Assembly (NCBI GenBank): GCA_963666055.2
Contig: CAXWPH010000010.1
Span: forward strand, 96,001-160,000
Length of the DNA: 64,000 bases
DNA from: Acidobacteriota bacterium
Lineage (GTDB): Bacteria; Acidobacteriota; UBA890; WLXD01
Reading direction: 5' to 3'
Shown: positions 9,139 through 17,702 of the stretch, one piece after another
Layout of the letters: every line of letters starts with the position of its first letter
Position numbering within the stretch: the stretch's first letter is position 1
Translations under genes and position numbers: made by a program
Notes under the pieces: model-generated
The model's database searches: none
What the model was told of the DNA's origin: nothing
The model's input: only the letters and a program-made list of their open reading frames with translations

Positions 9139-9837
9139 ATGTGCGGACGCTTCACGCTTCGGACCCCGGCCAACATCGTCAAAGACATGTTCGGCCTCGA
9201 GCCGTTGCCCGAACTCCGACCGCGCTACAACATCGCGCCGACGCAGCCGATTGCCGTCGTTCGTTCGGAGGACGCGGAGCGCCGTTTGCATATGCTGCGG
9301 TGGGGCCTCATTCCATGGTGGGCCAAGGACGTCTCCATCGGTAACCGCTTGATCAACGCCCGCGCCGAGACCGTTGCCACCAAGCCCGCATATCGTGAGT
9401 CGTTCGAGCAACGACGCTGCCTGATTCCCGCCGATGGCTTCTACGAATGGCAGCGCCTCGGCAATGGCCGCAAGCAGCCCTTCCATGTCGATCTTTCCAC
9501 CGGTGACCCTTTCGCATTCGCCGGTGTCTGGGATCGTTGGCGCGATCCGGTCAGCGATGCTGTCACCGAGTCGTGTGCTCTCATCACCATCGAGGCGAAC
9601 TCGGTGGTGGCGCCGATCCATCACCGCATGCCGGTAATGCTGCCGCCATCCAGCTTTGCCGCTTGGCTCGAGCCCGATGCCCAACCGGAGGGGTTGCAAG
9701 AGATGTTGCGCCCGATTGCCGGCGAGCGAGTGCGCGCCACACCGGTGAGCGTCTTGGTCAACCGTCCCGAGAACGACGACCCGCGCTGCCTCGACCCGGT
9801 CGTTGCGCCTTCTCTGCAGCCCACCTTGTTTGGCTGA
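9139..9837 (+). CDS. SOS response-associated peptidase (SRAP/YedK/HMCES family)
   Basis: N-terminal MCGRF, RYNIAPTQ, RWGLIP, INARAET, RCLIPADGFYEW, IHHRMPV. Confidence 0.97.
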   Translation: MCGRFTLRTPANIVKDMFGLEPLPELRPRYNIAPTQPIAVVRSEDAERRLHMLRWGLIPWWAKDVSIGNRLINARAETVATKPAYRESFEQRRCLIPADGFYEWQRLGNGRKQPFHVDLSTGDPFAFAGVWDRWRDPVSDAVTESCALITIEANSVVAPIHHRMPVMLPPSSFAAWLEPDAQPEGLQEMLRPIAGERVRATPVSVLVNRPENDDPRCLDPVVAPSLQPTLFG

Positions 9838-9975
9838 GCGTAGACGGGACGCGGCGTCAAGAACGCGGCTGGCCACACCCGACCACCGTACTGGGCGTGC
9901 GCGCACTTGGGGATTGTCCCGCCGACTGGCGGCTGCCTATTCTGCGGGCTGTCTCACCTGTTCCCGGAGTCGTCA

Positions 9976-10977
9976 ATGGCCGCAGCTCGCCCGAGCATCT
10001 ACACCACCTGTCCAGAGTTCGACCGCGACCGACGGCGGTCGATCGTCGAGCGCGTCATCGAGACGGCCCAATGGTGTGAGGCTCACGGTCACGCCGGGAT
10101 GCTGATCCGCTCGAACAATCGCCTCGTAGACCCCTGGACGATCGCCCAACTTCTGCTCCACGAGACCGAATCCCTGCAACCGGTGGTCACCGTGCAGCCG
10201 CTCTACATGCACCCGTACACGGTGGCCAAGAAGGTGGCCACGCTAGCTAGCGTGTACGGCCGCTGCCCGGATCTGTACCTGGTGGCGGACGGCTCGACGG
10301 CCGACCTGCTGGCGCTCGATGACCGAGTGGCACACGACGACCGATATCGCCGTTTGACCGAGTACGCCGAAGTCATCACCGCCCTGCTCACCGCGGTACG
10401 CCCCGTTACCCACGTTGGCGAATGCTATCGGGTCTACAAGCCCGCCACGTTGACTCCCCTGACCGACGAGCAAAGGCCGCGCTTCTTCATAGCGGCGAGC
10501 AGCGGCGCCGGGCGGCGGGCAGCGCAGGAGCTCGGAGCACGGTCGGTGTCTTCATTGGGTCTCGGCGACGGCGCCGACTGCCTCTTGTTGGGACTGGTGG
10601 TTCGCGCCAGCAGTGAAGAAGCTTGGGAAGTAGCCCGCGCGCGCTTCCCCACCGACGCGGCGGGCCGCCTGGCGCACGGCTTGGAGATGGCCTGGAGCGA
10701 CTCGATCTGGAGCGAGCGACTGCGCGGACTGGCCGACTCGAACACAAGCGACAGCGAAGGATTGTGGCTCGGGCCGTTCGAGAATCGGCAGGCGCGCAGC
10801 CCTTATCTCGTCGGCGACACCCGAACAGCGGCGCGTCGGCTACAAAAGGCCCTCGGCGCCGGAGCCCGGACTTTCTTTCTGGAGCCGCCGCATTGTCGCG
10901 CCGATGTCGAGCAGGCCAACTACGCGTTCGAGGGCGCCTGGACGCGCTTTCAGTCACCCCTCACACTGACCGCCTGA
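9976..10977 (+). CDS. LLM-class (luciferase-like) flavin-dependent monooxygenase
   Basis: DPW......L..T..LQP.V.VQP.YMHPY.VAK.VATL, F.AASS.AG and PYLVG motifs. Confidence 0.75.
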   Translation: MAAARPSIYTTCPEFDRDRRRSIVERVIETAQWCEAHGHAGMLIRSNNRLVDPWTIAQLLLHETESLQPVVTVQPLYMHPYTVAKKVATLASVYGRCPDLYLVADGSTADLLALDDRVAHDDRYRRLTEYAEVITALLTAVRPVTHVGECYRVYKPATLTPLTDEQRPRFFIAASSGAGRRAAQELGARSVSSLGLGDGADCLLLGLVVRASSEEAWEVARARFPTDAAGRLAHGLEMAWSDSIWSERLRGLADSNTSDSEGLWLGPFENRQARSPYLVGDTRTAARRLQKALGAGARTFFLEPPHCRADVEQANYAFEGAWTRFQSPLTLTA

Positions 10978-11038
10978 CCAGCGCTACGATCCGCTCCGTC
11001 GGAAATGCTAGACGGACCTAGCGTCCTGAAGAACTCTG

Positions 11039-11482
11039 CTAGGCGCGCGCCTCGATAGCGTCGGCGAGCCGTCTGAGCCCTTGCTTGGTGAGCACACGCG
11101 CCGTCATGTCGAGCAGGCGTTGCCCGAGTCCGGCGAGGCGGCCGCCGACCTGGATATCGAGGTCGTACTCGAGCACAGTGTGTTCGCCGTCGTCGTGCAG
11201 CCGGATGCCTCCACTGCCCTCGATGAACCCGGGACCACCGCGTCCCTCGATACGCATCGAGTACGACTCCGGGGGACACAGGTCGTCGAGCTTCACACGG
11301 CCTTCGAAGCTGCCCTGAACAGGGCCAACGCCGAGCACCAACGCACCGGCGAACTCGTTGTCCCCCACCTGCTTCAGACGACGAAAGCCTGGCAACGTGC
11401 CGGCGAGAACCTTCGGGTCCAGTAGTGATTCCCACACGATCTGCCGCGAGGCAGCTATTTTCTGTCGACCTGACACCTTCAT
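11039..11482 (-). CDS. coxG: CoxG/SRPBCC accessory protein
   Basis: VW..LLDP.VLA..LPG, VGPV.G.F.G.V and VGG.LA..GQRL motifs. Confidence 0.85.
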   Translation of the reverse strand: MKVSGRQKIAASRQIVWESLLDPKVLAGTLPGFRRLKQVGDNEFAGALVLGVGPVQGSFEGRVKLDDLCPPESYSMRIEGRGGPGFIEGSGGIRLHDDGEHTVLEYDLDIQVGGRLAGLGQRLLDMTARVLTKQGLRRLADAIEARA

Positions 11483-11544
11483 GACGCCTCCATTCTACGT
11501 CCTCCGCGGTTCGGGTAGACTGCGCCGGGCGAGGAAAGGATCCC

Positions 11545-13142
11545 ATGACCGAGGTGGTGTACAGCATCGACGAGCAGCCACGGCATTGGTGGGAGACGCT
11601 GCTCTACGGCTGGCAGCACACGCTCGTCGACATCTCCCCTTTCGTTCTTCCGCTGGCGGTGGCAACAGCCATCGGGCTGGACGATGGTGCGCGTGCGGCG
11701 CTGATCAACTACTCGCTCATCGCCATGGGGCTGGCGACGCTGATTCAGACCACTGTCGGGAACCGACTGCCGATTGTTCAAGGACCGTCGGCGACGCTCA
11801 CCGGCACGCTCGCTCCCCTAGCAGGCCGTGGTGAAAGTGTGGTGGGTCTGGTTATGGCGAGTTGGGGCCAGATGCAAGGCGGCCTGACACAGGCGATGCC
11901 CCGGCCATCGTCCAGGAAGGCCAACGCCGCAAATGGCCCCAAATCGCCGTAACCCTTCGGGCGACAGGGGGTTGCGCGCGTATCCTGCGTCGTTCCTCGT
12001 CAACGATGCGGTAACCATCGCCTCCTCCTCTCTCCTTGCCTCCACTTCGCAAGACCCTGTCGCCAGACCCACCACACTTTCACCACGGCCTGCTGGGTGC
12101 CCAACTCGGACCGGCGGCCATGTGGGGCGCAGCGTTCGTCGGCGCGGCGGTCGAGGCGCTCATCGGCAGTACCGGCGCGCTCGGCGCGCTGCGACGTTTC
12201 TTCCCGCCGGTAGTCTCGGGCGTCGTCGTTGTGACTATTGGGCTGTCGCTCGGATAACTCGCGGTACGCCTGAGCGTCGGCGACGGCAGCGCCATCAACC
12301 TCGGGTTCGCGGTAGCGACCATCCTGTTGGTGGTGGTGTTGCAGGTGGCCGGCCGCCGTGTCGCCGGGGGTCTGCTATCGCGCGCGGCCATATTCGTGTC
12401 GATCTGGGTCGTGGGGCTCGGGGGAGGCAGCCTGCTGGACCGCGTCGACTGGAATCTGGTGGCCACGAAGCCCTGGTTTCAAGCACCCCGAGCGTTCCCG
12501 TTCGGCGGGCCGGGATTCGGATGGGAATTTGGCACTGTAGCGATCGTCGCAGTACTGGCCGGGTACTTCGGATCCATGGTGGAGTCAATCGGCGACTACG
12601 TCGCCACCTGCTCGGTAGTCGACGAGCCGCTTACCAGGCGTCATGTCGACCGTGGCATCGCCGCCGAGGGAGTGGGGTGCCTGCTGGCGCTGTCGGTGGG
12701 CGGGTTACCGTGCACCAGCTATACCCAGAACATCGGCATCATCAAAGTCACCGGTGTCGGCAGTAGGGTCGTCGTGCGCGTAGCGGCGGTCATTCTGCTG
12801 CTTTATGGGCTGTGCCCGAAGTTCGGCGCCCTGCTGGTAGCGTTGCCACGGCCGGTACTCGGCGGCGTGTTCGTGATCGTTTGCGGCCTGATCGCGACCA
12901 CCGGCATCGCCATGCTGGCGAGTGCCCACCAGGACGACGGCGCAACATTGATCGCCGGCATCACGCTGGTGGTGGCGTTGGGACTGCCCACATATGCTCA
13001 GTCAGTGCTCGGTCCCGCCTGGCTCAAGTCGTTGCCGCAGCTGGCCCGGCTCCTGGTGACCAACCCGGTTGTACTGTCGGTGCTGCTGGCGGTATCCCTC
13101 AACGCCGCCTTGGGCGCCATACCGACCGCTCCCGAAGCGTGA
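11545..13142 (+). pseudogene. NCS2 (xanthine/uracil) permease disrupted by the 271-bp repeat and an in-frame TAA
   Basis: GWQH and G.RLPIVQGPS before the insertion. Removing 11818-12092 restores the frame (APLGAQLGPAAMW...FPPVVSG). In-frame TAA at 12255-12257, then ESIGD and SYTQNIG..KVTG NCS2 motifs. Confidence 0.9.
11818..12096 (+). mobile_element. Non-autonomous TIR element (MITE-like), full-length copy 1: 271 bp plus 4-bp target duplication
   Basis: Perfect 30-bp TIRs at 11822-11851 and 12063-12092, flanked by CTAG/CTGG; near-identical copy at 63276-63545; interrupts a gene. Confidence 0.93.
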
Positions 13143-13198
13143 GCACAAGCAGGCTATGCGCCGCTGGCGGTCCACAGTGCGCAACATGACCCTACGGA

Positions 13199-14406
13199 TC
13201 AGGCTTCGAGCAATGCGGGAACCCCGATCGGCCGCAGCGCTTGCACCGCGGCCGCTGCCGACAGGGCGTGGCCCTCGCCTCCCGGACCAGCAACAATCTG
13301 CAACCCCACCGGTAAACCGCTGGCGTCGAGGCCTGCCGGCACCGACGCCACCGGCAGTCCCGCCAGGCTCAGCAGGAACGTCGGAGCGACCCAATCGATG
13401 TAGGTCTCCATCGGCTTGCCAGCGATGGTCTCCGGGTAGTTCTGCTCGACCGCGAAGGGGGGTATGGCCATCGTTGGGGTGAGCAGATGATCGAAGTGAC
13501 GGAACAGTTGACGGAACTGCTCCCAGACGCGTCCACGGACCTGCTCGGCGGACGCGAAGTCCATTACGGTGGTCCCCAGGCCGGCCTCGACGTTGTTGCG
13601 TAGGTTGTCGCCAAACTCGGCGCGGCGCTCGAGGCGCGCATACTGCTGCGCCACCATCCAATACCCCCGCAGTGCCAGGAACGCCGGGCGTGCGTACGAG
13701 AGATCGAAATCGATCTCTTCAACGCTTGCTCCGGCGTCGGCCAGTGCGTCGATTGCTGCGCGGCACACACGGTCCACCTCGGGGTCGATGCCGATCGCGG
13801 CAATATCGCCACAGTACGCCAGCCGCATTCCCTTCACCGGGCGACTCTGCACCAGGTCGACGAAATCGCGGTAGTCGATCGATTCGCCAATCGGCACAAA
13901 CGGGCTCGGCCCCGCCACCGCCTGCAACGCCATCGCCAGGTCCTCGGCAGTGCGCGCCATGAGACCGGTGACTTGCATCGTGTCCCAGGGATAGTCAGAT
14001 GGCCATGTCGGCACCAGGCCCGGGCTTGGTCGGATGCCGACAACACCGCAAAACGACGCCGGAATGCGCAGCGAGCCGCCCAAATCGGTCCCCTCGGCAA
14101 TATCGATCATACCGGTGGCCAGCGCCGCTGCCCCACCCCCGGTTGATCCGCCGGCCGACAGTGCTGGATTCCACGGATTACGGCGCAGAGCGGGCCGGCC
14201 TCCTCGCCGCTGCTCAGCCGTGCTTCGAGGTCGCGAGCCTGGTCCATTGCGGTGTCCGACAGGGTCACCAGCGCGTTGAGAGCGGGACTCAACGCCTCGA
14301 TACGGCGCAACGCGGTCTCGATCACCTCTACCGGAGATAGCTCGCCGGCGGCGATCCGTCGAACGGTCTCACACGCTCTCGGTAACGAGGGTCCGTCCGA
14401 GCTCAT
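13199..14406 (-). pseudogene. Amidase signature family protein with an internal deletion and frameshift
   Basis: The N-part ends ...EAGPLC and joins out of frame directly to RNPWNPALSAGGSTGG near 14183. The segment carrying the catalytic Lys (PxxxKD...GKTN) is absent; GTDLGGSLRIPAS is retained. Confidence 0.85.
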
Positions 14407-14436
14407 GCCGATCCTCTCCCGTGCTGGTGTCCGTTC

Positions 14437-14456
14437 CTAGCAGGCCGTGGTGAAAG
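14437..14456 (+). repeat. TIR remnant forming the 3' end and stop codon of the cyclase gene
   Basis: CTAG-CAGGCCGTGGTGAAAG, a 20-nt identity with the element left end. Confidence 0.7.
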
Positions 14457-15228
14457 CCACGACGCGGCAGAAGGCCGCCTCGCCTCCCCGGAACTTCCAC
14501 GGGAAACAGCCCAACGTCAGCCGGCGGTCATGTAGCTCCGGGTTGGCGATATCGGCGCCGAGGTTCTCGATGTGCATGCAGTTGGAGGGAAACAACTCAT
14601 TGTGCGTGAGCTGATAGTCGGACTCCGGGAACAGCTCTGCGACCCCTTCCGGACCACCGAACTTGTCCTCGCAGGCTTTCCGCACGCGGTCGCAATGATT
14701 GAACATCCCCTTGCCCAGGAAGCGCCCTATGGGGAGGTTCATGGGGTGATCGGTTGAGACTGCGTCGACGCCCCAAATATGGATCTTCTTGTCCAACAGC
14801 CAGGGAACGAGGTCGGGATGGGCGCCTGGATGCCGATGGATGTACTTCTCCTCGTCAGGCTCGGAACCGAACTGCGCGTGCTTCTCCCAGCCGGTATGCA
14901 GCAGCAGCATGTCCCCCTCACGCACCTCGACGTGCGACTCGATCATCTCGGGCGTGTAAACGGCGAACTCATCGAGCTCGTCGGCCAGGTTGACGATCAC
15001 TCCAGGCCCGTACAGCCAGTCCATCGGGATCTCGTCGATCGTCATGCCGCCGGTTACAAAGTGTCGCGGGGCGTCCAGGTGGGTCCCAATGTGGTTCGAC
15101 GTCTGAATGTACTGCGCGTTCACACCATGCTCGGCCTTACGCTTGATGTATTTGACCTCGAACGGTGGGTAGTAGGGCCAGAAGGAAACTTCCTGATTGA
15201 GCGGCTGCGAAAGGTCGTAGGGTTTCAT
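14437..15228 (-). CDS. Cyclase family (kynurenine formamidase-like) metal-dependent hydrolase
   Basis: HIGTHLDAPRH (HxGTHxD), LLLHTGW, WGVDAVSTDHP, HIENL; the ATG overlaps the upstream stop (ATGA). Confidence 0.9.
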   Translation of the reverse strand: MKPYDLSQPLNQEVSFWPYYPPFEVKYIKRKAEHGVNAQYIQTSNHIGTHLDAPRHFVTGGMTIDEIPMDWLYGPGVIVNLADELDEFAVYTPEMIESHVEVREGDMLLLHTGWEKHAQFGSEPDEEKYIHRHPGAHPDLVPWLLDKKIHIWGVDAVSTDHPMNLPIGRFLGKGMFNHCDRVRKACEDKFGGPEGVAELFPESDYQLTHNELFPSNCMHIENLGADIANPELHDRRLTLGCFPWKFRGGEAAFCRVVAFTTAC

Positions 15229-16784
15229 CGTGTCTCCGGTTCCGTTATGTGGCGCGAGGATCGTAGCAGGAGCTTCTGGTGTTCGTCTGGCGACGATTCG
15301 ACCACCCGAGAGTCGGTTCGCGACCGCATCAGCACCCAGTAGACGACAACGCTCACCGACGCGGCCGAGAACCAGGCGCCATCGAAGAGAAATGACACCG
15401 CCGGGACCAGCTTGCCGAGCAGCGCCGTACCGATCCCGGCGGCCAGTGCCACCATGGCGCGGCCGTTGACCCCGTTGCCGTACGTGTACTCGCCATGCTC
15501 GGCGTAAAGATCCTCGACTCGAAGCCGCAGCCCGCGCAGCAAGTAGTCGCACGCGATCACGCCGCCCACTGCTCCCAACAGCCCGGAGTAGCTGATGAGC
15601 CATCCCTGATATCGGTCGAGCAGCTGCCACGGCATGCTGACGACTGCGAGGAGCCCAGCGATCAAGCCGCCGGTGCGGAAGCTGATCCGACGCGGTGCCA
15701 GTGCCGAGAAACTGTTGGCGGGGGCGACGACGTTGGCGGCGATGTTGGTGCTCAGCGTGGCGAGCATCAGCGCCCCCATCGCCAGCAAACCCAATAGCGG
15801 ACTCTGATACTCGTTCGTGAGCCGTGCCAGCAAGTCGACGGGGTTCCAGATTGCCTCGCCGTACAGAATCACCGTGGCGCTGGTCACCGCCACACCAATG
15901 AAGGCGAACAGCGGCATTGTGGTCAACAGCCCGATCGCCTGGCCCGAGATCTGATCGCGCTGGCTGCGCGCGTAGCGCGTGAAGTCGGGGATGTTCAACG
16001 ACAAGGTGGCCCAGTAGCCCACCATCGCGGTGAGCCACGGCATGAAGAAACCGAAAAACCAGCGCAACGGTGGCAGCGGCTCGGCATCGGATACCAGCGC
16101 GTCGGTACGCGCCAAGATTGCTCCGATGCCGCCGACCCGCGCTGCCGCCCAGTAAAGAAGAGCGAGGCCGACAACGATGAGGAACGGTGCGCTTACCGTT
16201 TCGAGCCAGCGAATCGACTCCGTCCCGGCGTAAACGAAGTACATGTTGAGCGCCCAGAAGAGCAGGAACGAGACATATTCGGGCGCGCCGTATCCCATGA
16301 ACGCGAAGCCGGCACCGAGCTTCGCCCAGCCGTCCCAGAGAATCGACAGGATGGCATTGACGGCGGTGCCGCCGATCCACGTCTGGATGCCAAACCAACC
16401 GCAGGCGACCACCGCGCGAAGCAAGGAGGGCACGTGCGCGCCCCGAATCCCGAACGCGGCGCGCGCGAAAGCCGGGAACGGGATTCCGTAGCGGGTGCCG
16501 GCGTGACCGTTGAGCGCCAGCGGCACCAGCACAATCGCGTTTCCGAGCACGATGGTGAGCAGCGCCAGGCGCCAACCCATACCGGCCTGCACCATGCTGG
16601 ATGCCAGCATGTAGGTGGGGATACAAACGCTCATTCCGACCCACAGCGCCGCCAGGTTCCAGCGGCTCCAGGTACGAGCGGACAGGGGGGTGGGGGCGAG
16701 ATCGGCGTTTAGCAGCTCGGAGGTGGGAAGCGGCGCCGCCAGCTCTACCGGCGGGTCGTCGAGTAGCGCGCCTAGCCAACTCAC
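15225..16784 (-). CDS. NCS1 family nucleobase:cation symporter
   Basis: LWVGMSVCIPTY, GHAGTRYGIPFP...RAAFG, ACGWFGIQTW, WATLSLNIPDFTRY, NIAAN. Confidence 0.93.
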   Translation of the reverse strand: MSWLGALLDDPPVELAAPLPTSELLNADLAPTPLSARTWSRWNLAALWVGMSVCIPTYMLASSMVQAGMGWRLALLTIVLGNAIVLVPLALNGHAGTRYGIPFPAFARAAFGIRGAHVPSLLRAVVACGWFGIQTWIGGTAVNAILSILWDGWAKLGAGFAFMGYGAPEYVSFLLFWALNMYFVYAGTESIRWLETVSAPFLIVVGLALLYWAAARVGGIGAILARTDALVSDAEPLPPLRWFFGFFMPWLTAMVGYWATLSLNIPDFTRYARSQRDQISGQAIGLLTTMPLFAFIGVAVTSATVILYGEAIWNPVDLLARLTNEYQSPLLGLLAMGALMLATLSTNIAANVVAPANSFSALAPRRISFRTGGLIAGLLAVVSMPWQLLDRYQGWLISYSGLLGAVGGVIACDYLLRGLRLRVEDLYAEHGEYTYGNGVNGRAMVALAAGIGTALLGKLVPAVSFLFDGAWFSAASVSVVVYWVLMRSRTDSRVVESSPDEHQKLLLRSSRHITEPETR

Positions 16785-17671
16785 CCCGACGCGCCGGCCA
16801 GCGCCCGATCGCCGGCGCGGTGGACGACGCGCCGCACCAACACGCGTACCAGATGGCGCCGGAACTCGGCGCTGGCATGCAGATCGGCAGGCGGGTCGAT
16901 GTCGGCTTCCGCGGCGAGCTCCGCCGCCTCGATCACCAGCGCCTCGGACAATTCCTCGCCGATCAGCGCGCCAGCGGCGGCCTCGGCCAGAACCGGGCCC
17001 TCACCCACCGACAGCAGGCCGATCCGTGCGTCGGTACAGCGCCCATCGCCAGCCAGGGTCACAGCAGCGGCAACACCGACCAGTGCATAGTCACCATGCC
17101 GCCGGGCCATCTCGTCGAACGCCCAACCGGTCCGCGGCGTTGGGGCCGGCAGGATGACCTCCGTTAGCACTTCCCCGGGCTCCAGGGCGGTGGTCAACAG
17201 GCCGAAGAAGAAGTCGCCGACAGCGATGGTGCGCTCACCACCGTCGCGGCTACGAGCACAGAGCGTGGCGTCGAGTACCAACGCCACCGTCGGCAGCTCA
17301 CCGGCTGGATCGGCATGCGCAATGCTCCCACCGAAGGTGCCACGATTACGGATCTGCGGATGGGCAATGTGCGGCATGGTCTCGCGCAGCAACGGTGCGC
17401 GTTCGGCAACCAGCGCGTCGCGTTCCACCACCGCCTGTCGAGTCATCGCGCCAATGCGGAGCCCTCCGTCGTCGGTCGCCTCCACGTAGGCAAGCTCGGC
17501 GAGCCTGTTCAGATCCACCAGGATTGTCGGTTGTGCCAAGCGGAAATTCATCGCCGGGATCAGGCTCTGGCCACCCGCCAGGATCTTTGCCTCCCATGGA
17601 TCCTCGGCAAGGATGTCGAGCGCCTCCTCGAGCGTCTCGGGCGCGTGGTAGCGGAAGGGGGCAGGCTTCAT
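16781..17671 (-). CDS. Molybdenum hydroxylase FAD subunit (CoxM/CutM-like)
   Basis: AKILAGGQSLIP.MNFRL, IRNRGTFGGS.AHADPA, RRHGDYA. Confidence 0.93.
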   Translation of the reverse strand: MKPAPFRYHAPETLEEALDILAEDPWEAKILAGGQSLIPAMNFRLAQPTILVDLNRLAELAYVEATDDGGLRIGAMTRQAVVERDALVAERAPLLRETMPHIAHPQIRNRGTFGGSIAHADPAGELPTVALVLDATLCARSRDGGERTIAVGDFFFGLLTTALEPGEVLTEVILPAPTPRTGWAFDEMARRHGDYALVGVAAAVTLAGDGRCTDARIGLLSVGEGPVLAEAAAGALIGEELSEALVIEAAELAAEADIDPPADLHASAEFRRHLVRVLVRRVVHRAGDRALAGASG

Positions 17672-17702
17672 CGCGATCCCCCTGCGGTGGCCCTCGCAGG
17701 CG

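Larger units (their letters stand above)
7303..9157. mobile_element. Mini integrative element (1837 bp between equivalent att positions) inserted at the SRAP start codon
   Basis: Exact 18-bp direct repeat TGTGCGGACGCTTCACGC at 7303-7320 and 9140-9157; tyrosine recombinase next to the left copy; ATACCAA arm-like repeats inside both ends. Confidence 0.85.

Noticed and set aside
14437-16878. 813-aa ORF suggesting a long cyclase fusion
   Set aside because: The N-terminal part is an alternative frame over the NCS1 gene; the cyclase starts at the ATGA overlap at 15228.
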